From the NCBI GenBank assembly GCA_963777505.1, contig CAVZQN010000003.1, forward strand, positions 416,001 through 480,000: a stretch of DNA of 64,000 nucleotides, read 5' to 3'. Under the pieces are notes generated by a model. The model worked only from the letters and a program-made list of their open reading frames with translations. It had not been told where the DNA came from and ran no database searches. Source of the DNA: an uncultured bacterium. Lineage in GTDB: Bacteria; Acidobacteriota; HRBIN11; JAKEFK01. The translations under genes and the position numbers were made by a program. This document shows positions 19,407-28,523 of the stretch, one piece after another (within the stretch, counting starts at the first letter, position 1; each line of letters starts with the position of its first letter).

Positions 19407-21023
19407 ATGGCATATTTACTTGTTCCGGATAAAAAGCAAACGCGCAAAATCCCGATTCGTAAAGAGACATTCTTTATCGGTCGGGCACGTGAAAACGATT
19501 TAATGCTTGCATCAGATTCATTGTCGCGTTTTCACGCTCAGATAACGAAAAGTAGTGGAGCGTTTGTAGTTCAGGATCGAGGTTCATTAAATGGTGTTTT
19601 CGTAAATGGCACAAGAATCGGGCAAGAGAAGAAGTTACAGGATGGCGACATTCTAGGATTTGGAGACATTCACGTTCGATTTTGCATGGAGGATCGTGAA
19701 AGTGTTCGTCCTGCCGGACGTACTCCGGATCAAGTGCAGCGATATCCTGTTGCAGCACTTGTAGATTCCACGCGATATAAACCGGAAAAGAAACAACGCT
19801 ACCTGGATCTCCTCTACAGTTTTAGTGCCAAACTATTGCAACAATCACCGTCATCGGATCTTGGTGAAGTTGCGCTGGAATTAATTCAAGATGTATGGAA
19901 CCCTGATCGAAGTTGTCTAATGCAACGCGATGAGGCCGAATGGCAGATCATGACTCAACGGTTTGGAAAAAATCCGATGCTTACTGGAGATAATATCGAA
20001 ATCAGCAGCAAGCTTATTTCGGAACTGGAATCGCGTGAAGAAGCCTTACTGATTGTGAATCGAAAAGAAGACAAAACGTTTCAAGCTTCCGAAAGTTTGC
20101 AAAGACAGAATGTTCGCTCTTTGTTGTGTGCTCCACTCTGGAACAATCGTAAAATCCATGGATTCTTTTATGCCGATTTGGTTTTTTCGGACCGAAGCTT
20201 TAGCTACGATGATCTCGAAATGTTTGCAATTCTCGCCAATCTGATGGCCATTAAGTGGGAAAACGATCAACTCTGGCATCAATCATTAAGGCAGCAGCAA
20301 CTCGAACAAGAACTAAACCTGGCGGGACAGATTCAGCGTAAATTCTTTCCTACCAGCTTTCCAGAACTTACAGGATACGAATTTGCAGCGACTTCAATTC
20401 CTACGCGCAAAGTGGGAGGTGATGCCTACTTCTGGCATGAACGCAGCGATGGTCGTCTTGTGATTATGATTGCCGATGTAATGGGAAAAGGCCTTCCTTC
20501 TTCGCTTCTCATGTCACAGGTTCAAGCCATCATGAAAATTTATTCAGAACAATTTGGATCGGCGGCGGAAATTGTTACAGCTGTAAACGAATTTATTTAT
20601 CGCTACAGTACACAAGAAAAATTCATAAGCATGGTTGTGATGGTGATGGATCCTGAAACTGGGAAAATGAATTTTTGCAACGCCGGTCATAATCCGCCAT
20701 TTAGCACCAATATCTCTTGCAAGGTCCAACGTTATGACGATGGAGGCATGCCCGTTGGTGTGTTTTTAGACCAGGTTTATGCTCAAGGAGAAGCGACCCT
20801 TGGTCCGAATGAAACTTTGATTTTATACACAGATGGAATTGTTGAAGCACGCAATGAACAGGATTTTGAGTTTGGAATGGACCAGTTGATTCAAACCGTC
20901 GAAGAAAATTGTTCGAAACCTGCCGCTGAACTACAGGACATCATCATCAAAAAAGTTAGAGATGAATGGCTCGCCACCGACCAAGAGGATGACTGGACGC
21001 TCTTGATTGTGAAGCGTAAGTAA
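19407..21023 (+). CDS. FHA-GAF-SpoIIE (PP2C-type) phosphatase
   Basis: FHA IGR..SRFHA..DRGSLNGVFVNG; GAF RSLLCAPL..GFFYAD; PP2C VGGD, ADVMGKG, NAGHNPP, YTDGIVEA, DDWT. Confidence 0.92.
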   Translation: MAYLLVPDKKQTRKIPIRKETFFIGRARENDLMLASDSLSRFHAQITKSSGAFVVQDRGSLNGVFVNGTRIGQEKKLQDGDILGFGDIHVRFCMEDRESVRPAGRTPDQVQRYPVAALVDSTRYKPEKKQRYLDLLYSFSAKLLQQSPSSDLGEVALELIQDVWNPDRSCLMQRDEAEWQIMTQRFGKNPMLTGDNIEISSKLISELESREEALLIVNRKEDKTFQASESLQRQNVRSLLCAPLWNNRKIHGFFYADLVFSDRSFSYDDLEMFAILANLMAIKWENDQLWHQSLRQQQLEQELNLAGQIQRKFFPTSFPELTGYEFAATSIPTRKVGGDAYFWHERSDGRLVIMIADVMGKGLPSSLLMSQVQAIMKIYSEQFGSAAEIVTAVNEFIYRYSTQEKFISMVVMVMDPETGKMNFCNAGHNPPFSTNISCKVQRYDDGGMPVGVFLDQVYAQGEATLGPNETLILYTDGIVEARNEQDFEFGMDQLIQTVEENCSKPAAELQDIIIKKVRDEWLATDQEDDWTLLIVKRK

Positions 21024-21152
21024 CCCCTTACACCTGCCGGCTGAAAGGGAGCAGGGGAGGGGGGAGAAAGGGAGAAAGAGATTCATCTGGAGAAAAACAG
21101 AATGTGCAGCAGTGAGTAAACTGGAAATCTCCACATTAGTGAAGAGGGAAAG

Positions 21153-21224
21153 TGGGCGATAGAGGATTTGAACCTCTGACTTCTACCGTGTGAAGGTAGC
21201 ACTCTCCCACTGAGTTAATCGCCC
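21153..21224 (-). tRNA. tRNA-Val(CAC), CCA not encoded
   Basis: Minus strand GGGCGAT...ATCGCCC acceptor, anticodon arm CTACC-TTCACAC-GGTAG, GGTTCAAATCC. Confidence 0.95.
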
Positions 21225-21291
21225 AATACCGTTAATTTACCATATCCATATCTCAGTCGCCATGCGTCTCTGCGGTTTGGCTAAATGGTTT

Positions 21292-22141
21292 TCAATTGTG
21301 CACTAGTTTATAAATTTCGTTGCGAGGACGCCCTGCTTCACGGACGAGTTTCTTAATCGCATCTTTACGGCTTAATCCTTCACTCACGAGTTGTTGAAAG
21401 CGAATCTTGATGGTTTCCTCGCTCATTTCAATGATTTCTTCTTTTCCTGGTGCAATGACAACCGTACACTCTCCAATCCATTTTTTATTCGCGAGTTGTT
21501 CCATGAGTTGGGCCGCTGTTCCTCGCAAGACTTCCTCATGCAGTTTGGTCATTTCCCGGCATAAGGCGACATTTCGATTGCCAAGGGTTGCTGCAATTTC
21601 ACGCAATAAGCTATGAATTCGTTCGGGTGATTCAAAAAGGACAAGAGTATGATCTTGCAATATGGAAAGTTGTTGCAGCGCTTTTTTTCGTGCTCCCGGG
21701 CGTACAGGCAAAAAGCCAAAAAAAGAAAACGGTTGAGCAGAAAATCCACTGAGAAGCAGAGCATTGGTGACAGCGCTCGGTCCAGGAATAGAAGTGAAAA
21801 AAAGGTTTTCTGTGATCATCTGTTGAATCAAGAGATGACCCGGATCCGAAATGAGTGGCGCGCCGGCATCGGAAATTAAAGCAAATGTCTTTCCCTTCTT
21901 TCATCATTGAAATAATTTTCTTTACGCGTCCGCGTTCGTTATGTTCATGAAAACTAACAAGTTTGCTTTTCAGATTGAATCGCGACTTCAATTTTTGTGC
22001 GCGGCGCGTATCTTCTGATAAGACATAATCGACGTTGTTTAAAGTTTCGATTGCGCGGGATGAAAGATCGCCCAGATTGCCGATTGGCGTAGGAATGATA
22101 AAAAGATTTAGAGTTCTTTCAGACTCAGATAAAGATCGCAA
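21292..22141 (-). CDS. rsmI: 16S rRNA C1402 2'-O-methyltransferase; apparent +1 frameshift near 21884
   Basis: PTPIGNLGD, EDTR, HEHNE; after removing one base ISDAGAPLISDPG, PGPSA, FESPERI, REMTKLHEE. Confidence 0.92.
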
Positions 22142-23616
22142 AGGAAATGATGGATGTAAAGCAAATTCTGCGGATCAGGATCGGAATCAAGAAGACGTTT
22201 GAAACGCAAAAACCGCCGGAATTTAATATCCAGGGCAAAAATCTTCAGCGCTTCATTCCCATTCAAGATTTCTTGTTTCGGATATAGTTTTGTCAGGAGA
22301 TGTAAATAGCCATTTCTTGCTGTGCTGAGCGCATCTTCATATCGTTTCTCAGCAATTTGTTGTTCCATCGTTTGCATCAAACTTGAAAATTCGCCGGCAT
22401 CTTCAAATAAAACTTCATAGGAGAAAGGCGGCACGGATGCTTCCATTGTGGAATCAATATCAGGTGGTTCTTCAGCAATCAGTTCCGAAGCAGTTTCATC
22501 AGAAAGTTCTTCAACCGGTTCTACTTCCAGCGGTTCTACTTCCAACGGTTCTGGTTCCAGTGGTTCTGGTTCTTCTACGGCTTCAAAGTCTTCCGCATCG
22601 TCAGCGACCAGATCGTATGTCGGTTCCTCAATTGAAGGTTGTTGACTAAAGGGCGAATTCTTTAGAACTGTCGTTTCATCATCAAATTCTGCAACAGGCT
22701 CAACTTCTTGAATTACCTCATCCGGTTCATCTGGTGCTTCTAAAGTATCAGGCAATTCAGGTTCAAGTGCTGCAAGCGGATCCTCTTCGATCTCTGCCTC
22801 AAATTTTTCTTCAGGCTCCGGCTCCACAGTATGAATCGGTTCAGGTGGCGCAGGAGGTGGTGGAGGTGGCGTCGCAACTCTTGAAGCAGGTGTGAATGGC
22901 AGAGGAGTAATTAATGCTTGTGCTGTTGTCTGTGTAGGTTCTGGACGCTTTGATGCTGGAAGCGGTTGCTCAATCGCTGATCCACCTGCTGTATAAAGTG
23001 AAGTAGTGGTTCGCGAACGTTTTTGAAGAAGAGCTTTTTTGCTTAGATCGTTGAATACAAGTTTCGTAATACTTTTTAACGCGTCAAGAACACCAATTCC
23101 GGTCGTAGCAACAGTTTCAAAAAAGGGAACATTATAACGATTTAAGATCTGGTTCATTTCCTCGGAAGCCATGACATCCGGCAAATCCATTTTGTTAAAT
23201 TCCAAAACATGCGGAAGATCCTTTAAGTCTTTGCCAAGTTCGCGCAGGTTTTCTTCCATGTTGTTGAAGCTTTCAAGGTTTCCAAGCTTTTTGAGCCGTT
23301 GAGCATCGGCAACAAAAACAAGTCCATCTGCCCCACGCAAAACTAGTTTTCGAGTCGCGTTGTAACGGACCTGACCGGGGACGGTATAGAGCTGAACTCT
23401 TACTGCGAATTCCTGGATCCTTCCGAGATTCAGTGGTAGGAAATCAAAGTAAATCGTCCTATCTTCTTCCGTTGCAAGGGAAATCATTTTCCCCTTGTTT
23501 TCAGGAGCAAGATTATTGTGAATAAATTGAAGCGAGGTTGTCTTCCCGCCAAGGCCAGGGCCGTAATAGACGATTTTTGCCGTTATTTCCCGTGTGGCAA
23601 AGTTAACAAATGCCAT
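22108..23616 (-). CDS. MglA-family small GTPase with long Pro/acidic linker and helical C-terminal domain
   Basis: KIVYYGPGLGGKTT, DRTIYFDFLPL, YTVPGQVRY, NKMD motifs in the first ~190 aa; about 310 extra aa. Confidence 0.88.
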   Translation of the reverse strand: MAFVNFATREITAKIVYYGPGLGGKTTSLQFIHNNLAPENKGKMISLATEEDRTIYFDFLPLNLGRIQEFAVRVQLYTVPGQVRYNATRKLVLRGADGLVFVADAQRLKKLGNLESFNNMEENLRELGKDLKDLPHVLEFNKMDLPDVMASEEMNQILNRYNVPFFETVATTGIGVLDALKSITKLVFNDLSKKALLQKRSRTTTSLYTAGGSAIEQPLPASKRPEPTQTTAQALITPLPFTPASRVATPPPPPPAPPEPIHTVEPEPEEKFEAEIEEDPLAALEPELPDTLEAPDEPDEVIQEVEPVAEFDDETTVLKNSPFSQQPSIEEPTYDLVADDAEDFEAVEEPEPLEPEPLEVEPLEVEPVEELSDETASELIAEEPPDIDSTMEASVPPFSYEVLFEDAGEFSSLMQTMEQQIAEKRYEDALSTARNGYLHLLTKLYPKQEILNGNEALKIFALDIKFRRFLRFKRLLDSDPDPQNLLYIHHFLCDLYLSLKEL

Positions 23617-23705
23617 TGTGAATAGTCGAGCCTTAATCCCTCTAGTTTTATCTATCTTATCTCGAAGAAAAGCGAAAAAGCAACCTTTTATGAGAATAGG
23701 GAGTG

Positions 23706-24485
23706 TTAACCGGGAGGATTTTCGGGATTTTCATCGTCACTGCGGGGGCTGAAGAAAGTATCTGTGACCTGGCGGCATGAGCGGACAGTTTCTCCGGCCG
23801 CTTCATAAGCTTCTCGATACTTTTCCTCGGACAATTGCCCTCGTACAAATCTCATAGTAAGCCAGACGTAGTACGTTGTAAGAGCATCATCCATACAATA
23901 GTCTTTAATGCGGATCCGCTCTCCTTTATCGTGCAATTCTTCAACCAATGAGCCATCAATGTCAGTTTTGCCGGGGAGGCCTAGAAGTTTCGCAATCAGA
24001 TTTAATGAAGGACGGCTACTGGCGCCAAAACCTGAGAGGTCGTCGCAAATATCGTGGCTCTCTTCAAAGGAATAACGGCTCCGATCCTCCTGCATCACAG
24101 TTGGGATTCTGTGTTTCATCGATCGATAAAACAAAACAGGAAGGTCAAACCCACGGCCATTAAAATGCACAAGCGTACTTTTTACAGGAATATTCCCTTT
24201 TCTAAAACGTACAATTCTCCAGAATTGCTGAAGTAGTGTTTTCTCATCAGGATTTTCTGCAACGGCCGCATTCAGGACTTTACACGTTTCACAATCTACA
24301 TCCAGCAATCCAATACAAATCGGACGATGAAAAGGCGGAGGCAGAAAACCACTGGCATATTTCGTCCGCACTGCATCCTGAAGTTCTGCAAGTGGAGCTA
24401 CTGGACTGACTGTAAAAAGCCGTGAGACCAGTTCACGATCCAGCACAGTTTCAATATCTAAAATTAAAAATCTTCGATCCATCAT
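23706..24485 (-). CDS. PolB-like 3'-5' exonuclease (DEDDy)
   Basis: ExoI LDIET, ExoII FNGRGFDLP, LGLPGK, ExoIII YCMDD. Confidence 0.85.
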   Translation of the reverse strand: MMDRRFLILDIETVLDRELVSRLFTVSPVAPLAELQDAVRTKYASGFLPPPFHRPICIGLLDVDCETCKVLNAAVAENPDEKTLLQQFWRIVRFRKGNIPVKSTLVHFNGRGFDLPVLFYRSMKHRIPTVMQEDRSRYSFEESHDICDDLSGFGASSRPSLNLIAKLLGLPGKTDIDGSLVEELHDKGERIRIKDYCMDDALTTYYVWLTMRFVRGQLSEEKYREAYEAAGETVRSCRQVTDTFFSPRSDDENPENPPG

Positions 24486-24548
24486 AAAAGAGTATAACTC
24501 CGTGTTTCCGTTTAATTCAGCTGAATAGAAGCTCTAGCTCGGCCGGTG

Positions 24549-25127
24549 TTACAAACTCCAATCCACATTATCCAGTTCCGGACATTCTTTTTGAAATCGT
24601 TCATTCCTCTCAAGATTGCGGATCCATTCATAGAAAATGCTTTTAGCGCTCACGATAACCGCGCCCGCATTTCGCATTCGATTCAGTCCGATTTCTTGTC
24701 CATTTTCGGGTGAAGCTGTTGCATCGGCAACAACTGCGACACGAAATCCATGTTCAAGCAGTCCGATCGCTGAATGTGCAACGCAAACGTCCGTTTCAAG
24801 GCCGATTAAAACAGCAGTGTTGCGTTGAGTCTCTTGAACTTGTTTCATAATGTCGGATTGGTATGTCAGTCCAAAAATGCTTTTATCAAAAACGCGAGTT
24901 CCAGACGGCAGCGATTGTAGAATTTTTGGAGCAACGGGGTGTTTTTGTAGTTCTTCAGCCGTAACAATTATTGGGATCTTTCTCCATTCTGCAACCTTCA
25001 TGAGCCATGCGGCGCGCTTCAACAATCGATCGCTTTCTTCAGTTGGTAACTTCTTGAGAAAGTAATCCTGGATATCAATCGCAATTAATACAGAGTCATC
25101 TGCATCAATCAGCGCATGCGAAGTCAT
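24549..25127 (-). CDS. Isochorismatase-family hydrolase
   Basis: IDIQ, FDKSIF, GLETDVCVAHSA, VVADATAS motifs; ATGA overlap with upstream gene. Confidence 0.88.
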   Translation of the reverse strand: MTSHALIDADDSVLIAIDIQDYFLKKLPTEESDRLLKRAAWLMKVAEWRKIPIIVTAEELQKHPVAPKILQSLPSGTRVFDKSIFGLTYQSDIMKQVQETQRNTAVLIGLETDVCVAHSAIGLLEHGFRVAVVADATASPENGQEIGLNRMRNAGAVIVSAKSIFYEWIRNLERNERFQKECPELDNVDWSL

Positions 25128-26041
25128 GGCAAGGGCTCGGTTCTTTCTAACTCCGAACGATTCCACTTTCCTAGATCGGCCCCGGCCTCATATGTACTCT
25201 GTGCAAAATCAAGCACTGCATCATCAATCGATGAAGACTTTAGCGCCTCATCATATGGATAGATGAATTCTCGCATCTGAGGACTGTAACCTGCTCCGTC
25301 AGGACGTACAGGTGCAGCAGAAAATCCCTCCGGTTCAGGATATGTGTAGGAATAAAACGCGGGTTGTGGATATTGATCATTTCCAGGCCACCACCCACAA
25401 CTGCTGACTTCGTGTGAGTATGCTTCTCGTACCACCCAATCAGGCATATAAGGGACGCCTCCAGGATGTTGAGGCGCTCTTCTGCCAGAAAAGCGTGTTA
25501 CGGCCAGATCGAAACTTCCCCAAAAGAAATGAACCGGGCTGCATTTTCCCCAAAAGCGCGCTCGAAATTTTTTCAGCACACGATCTGCTTGAGCCAGGGC
25601 CCGCCAGAAGCGATGCACATATTCAGCATCATAAGATTTGTGTTCAGTGTCTTTATCGAATTGTATCGGTTCGGGGAGTTCGTTCGGTGTCTTATGAATT
25701 TTTATTTTAAGATCCAGTTCGGAAAGTTTGGCAAATAGTTCTTTGTAAAAATCCGCAACAGAACGAGGGCCTAACCCCATTGTTCTTGCTGTGCCATCGA
25801 TTGTTGTTATCAAAAGTTGATGATCGATAAAATCAAAATCAATTTGAAACGTGCGCTGGCCATAAGGAATCGAAGTTGTAGTTAAACCGCGAGGCGTCAC
25901 ATACAGTGTCGAGTGCCATGAATGGTTGATCCACGGCGATTGTACGAGGCGGATTTTCCCAACGATTTGTGTCAAAAGATGAAGTGTAGAACACGTATCT
26001 TTCCATTCTGCCAAAGGTAGTTTCGGCCAATATTCATTCAT
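25124..26041 (-). CDS. DUF5996 family protein
   Basis: TLHLLTQIVGKIRL, WINHSWH, SPVHFFWGSFDLAVTRFSGR, EAYSHEVSSCGWWPG. Confidence 0.88.
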   Translation of the reverse strand: MNEYWPKLPLAEWKDTCSTLHLLTQIVGKIRLVQSPWINHSWHSTLYVTPRGLTTTSIPYGQRTFQIDFDFIDHQLLITTIDGTARTMGLGPRSVADFYKELFAKLSELDLKIKIHKTPNELPEPIQFDKDTEHKSYDAEYVHRFWRALAQADRVLKKFRARFWGKCSPVHFFWGSFDLAVTRFSGRRAPQHPGGVPYMPDWVVREAYSHEVSSCGWWPGNDQYPQPAFYSYTYPEPEGFSAAPVRPDGAGYSPQMREFIYPYDEALKSSSIDDAVLDFAQSTYEAGADLGKWNRSELERTEPLP

Positions 26042-26071
26042 ACGAATTCTCCGTTAGATTTTTAGAAAAGA

Positions 26072-26587
26072 TTATTTAATGAACGTAGTGTCAAAGGAAT
26101 AATCTTTCGTAGGTTCACAATACGTATTTTCGCCACAATATCCATTTCCGCCAAGAAGCTGACCTTTGAGGCGTTTGCCATCGTTTACCTCAAATTTCAA
26201 CACAACACTTGGCAGACCGTTGGAGATAGAGATCATTTCCATAGCGATGGCGCCATTTCCGGGACATTGAGTCAAGAGCTGCGGTGTATTTGTGCTATCA
26301 AGTTCAACAAGAACAAATGGCGCCTTCTTGGACTCACACCATTGCCGCAACATTTCGGCTTTATTGTTTGAAGTTTTCCAGGCTCCCGATGGAACCTGGT
26401 CTGTAAGTAACAGCCAAACCTGTTTCTTTGTGCCGGTACCAGTTGTCTGAGCATAACTATATTTTGGTTGAAATTGAAAGTCCGCCATAACGCCTTTTCC
26501 ACTTGCTATATTGGTTTGTTCATCCGCTGACAGTGAATAACTTATGATTAAGAATCCAGCCACCAGAATTGTTAACATTAATTTCAT
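26072..26587 (-). CDS. Hypothetical secreted protein
   Basis: Signal peptide, SD GGAGG, four Cys; no family recognised. Confidence 0.7.
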   Translation of the reverse strand: MKLMLTILVAGFLIISYSLSADEQTNIASGKGVMADFQFQPKYSYAQTTGTGTKKQVWLLLTDQVPSGAWKTSNNKAEMLRQWCESKKAPFVLVELDSTNTPQLLTQCPGNGAIAMEMISISNGLPSVVLKFEVNDGKRLKGQLLGGNGYCGENTYCEPTKDYSFDTTFIK

Positions 26588-26698
26588 AGAATTCCCTCCA
26601 TTTTGAATTATTTCAGAAGACTAAAGTTCTGTAACCTGATTTGCATTCCCTGAATAGATTCTAACCGATTGCGCCGGTGCGCAATTTTGTTGGCAAGT

Positions 26699-27052
26699 CT
26701 AACCGATGGAAAATTTATCGATAACCCATAACCACGTTCCGTCGCTTTGCTGGCGAGCAACCTCGGCAGTCACAGTACCATCCGGAAGCTGCGTTGAGGT
26801 GAGCGCCAAATCTCCGCAGATTATCGCCGCGCGTTGAATTCCGCGTTCGAACTTTCGTCCGGTCGCAACCACTTCAGCAAAGAATTTGCGAATTGCATCT
26901 TTACCCACCACTAATTGTCCTCCACCGCAATCAAGAACGGCGTGGGACTCATAAAGGGCGACCATTCCATCAACGTCTCCCAAATGCTCCCGGGAAACCA
27001 ATAACTGTTCCAAATCCTGTGGATCATAAACCAGTTTCGTTTGATCATTCAT
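26699..27052 (-). CDS. NTF2/SnoaL-like (YybH-type) protein
   Basis: GDVDGMVALYE, GKDAIR, GDLAL, EVARQQSDGTWLWVID. Confidence 0.82.
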   Translation of the reverse strand: MNDQTKLVYDPQDLEQLLVSREHLGDVDGMVALYESHAVLDCGGGQLVVGKDAIRKFFAEVVATGRKFERGIQRAAIICGDLALTSTQLPDGTVTAEVARQQSDGTWLWVIDKFSIG

Positions 27053-27086
27053 AGATTTAGTGTCCCTTGATCAACAGTTTATGTCA

Positions 27087-27605
27087 CTATCGTAAGTTTT
27101 TTCTGTGAATTAGAAAACCGATTGTAAAAAGAATCAAACATGGCACCCAGACGAAAAAGAATTCTGATGTAAGTACCGAAAGTGCAGGCCCCGACAGAAA
27201 ATGACTGATGCCGATCGGTGATACTTCGATTGGATGTATCGGGAAAAAATATCGAACGTTGCTAAACGGCGAAAAGAATGCAACACCTAGACCACCGTTG
27301 GTGAGTGCATCAAGAATTCCATGCGATACAGTGCACAAGAACAAAAAGATGAAAGTCTGCAATTGTTCCAGCTTTCGAAAGAAAACAAAAGTTATTGCAG
27401 CACTTAAGATTGCAGCAAAGATTAACGAATGTGAAAAACCGCGATGGCCGAGCACATCACCGTAATTAATCCCGAAGCCAAATCCAACAACATCAAAATC
27501 AGGAATAACTGAGCATATGGCGCCGGCTACATAAATGGATGGCCGTAATCTGAATGCAGGATGCAAAGCCAACACGATTGCAGGATGAGAAATGATCGTA
27601 GGCAT
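27087..27605 (-). CDS. Inner-membrane metal-dependent hydrolase (YbcI/YdjM family)
   Basis: MPTIISH, PDFD, GHRGFSHS, SHGILDALTNGGLG, IEVSPIG. Confidence 0.88.
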   Translation of the reverse strand: MPTIISHPAIVLALHPAFRLRPSIYVAGAICSVIPDFDVVGFGFGINYGDVLGHRGFSHSLIFAAILSAAITFVFFRKLEQLQTFIFLFLCTVSHGILDALTNGGLGVAFFSPFSNVRYFFPIHPIEVSPIGISHFLSGPALSVLTSEFFFVWVPCLILFTIGFLIHRKNLR

Positions 27606-27619
27606 TAAGAGTAAACGTC

Positions 27620-27642
27620 AAATCAGGGTACGGCCCTGATTT
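27620..27642. repeat. Short palindrome
   Basis: AAATCAGGG-TACGG-CCCTGATTT. Confidence 0.55.
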
Positions 27643-27710
27643 TTATGACTCGCTAGTCGTTCTCTTTATCAACAATATATTCAATCATCATTCCAACGTT
27701 TTTTTCAGTA

Positions 27711-28052
27711 TCACTTATGCCGGTATGTATCTACGTGAGATACGCGAGATCCCTTACTATTGTTCACGCCTTGATTTTTCAGACGTTCGAGTTCTTCGAT
27801 GCAATCCTTGATGTGAGACGTAACATCATCCTGCTGGAACTCTGGATCAATTGATTGGTAAATGCTTCGAAGCTGTTCGAGCGCTTTTGTACTAGCGTGT
27901 GCGGATTGCTCATTCAAAGCACTAAGGTCCTTTAGCAAATCATTCAAGAAGTGCCGGCGTTTAGGATCGGGCGAGCCGCTTCGTTCATCAGCAATGTATT
28001 CAATCAGCAGCCCTACCATTTCTTCTGAATCCGACCAATCGATAAATGTCAT
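27711..28052 (-). CDS. Hypothetical helical protein
   Basis: 113-aa ORF co-oriented with neighbours; no family recognised. Confidence 0.7.
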   Translation of the reverse strand: MTFIDWSDSEEMVGLLIEYIADERSGSPDPKRRHFLNDLLKDLSALNEQSAHASTKALEQLRSIYQSIDPEFQQDDVTSHIKDCIEELERLKNQGVNNSKGSRVSHVDTYRHK

Positions 28053-28067
28053 TTCGATGCCGTGGCC

Positions 28068-28463
28068 TTAATCGGTTTTGAGCGCTTTTTGTACGAGCAC
28101 AGTGTCGGTGAATTGGCGAAATTTGATGATTTTTCCATCTTGAAAGTTGCACACGTGAACAAATGGAGCGGAGAACGATTTTCCAGTTGTCTTGTATTTG
28201 CCTCCGTATTCTCCGATTGCCACAACTGTGTCACCCTCACTCACAAACTCGCTGGGAACAGCAGAGTATCCATCCCACTCGGTACCCAATTTCATAAATA
28301 CATTTTCAAGGACCGCATTAGGACCAACATATGTTCCGCCATATGGAAATCCTTCTGCTTCAGTCCAACTGATATTCGGATCGAGTATGCCAAGAACAGA
28401 AGGTATGTCACCTTTGGCAAATGCTTCATAAAGGCGGCGCATAGTTTCGGAATTAGTGGACAT
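28068..28463 (-). CDS. NTF2/SnoaL-like protein
   Basis: YEAFAKGD, WTEAEGFPYGGTYVG, GKIIKFRQFTDT; SD AAGGAG. Confidence 0.9.
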   Translation of the reverse strand: MSTNSETMRRLYEAFAKGDIPSVLGILDPNISWTEAEGFPYGGTYVGPNAVLENVFMKLGTEWDGYSAVPSEFVSEGDTVVAIGEYGGKYKTTGKSFSAPFVHVCNFQDGKIIKFRQFTDTVLVQKALKTD

Positions 28464-28523
28464 GAGTTTTTCTCCTTTAGTTCGATTATAGCCGAACAAG
28501 AACTGCTCTAAAGATTCTGGAAT

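Noticed and set aside
21025-21290. Island integration at tRNA-Val
   Set aside because: No integrase and no duplicated tRNA 3' end seen in the window
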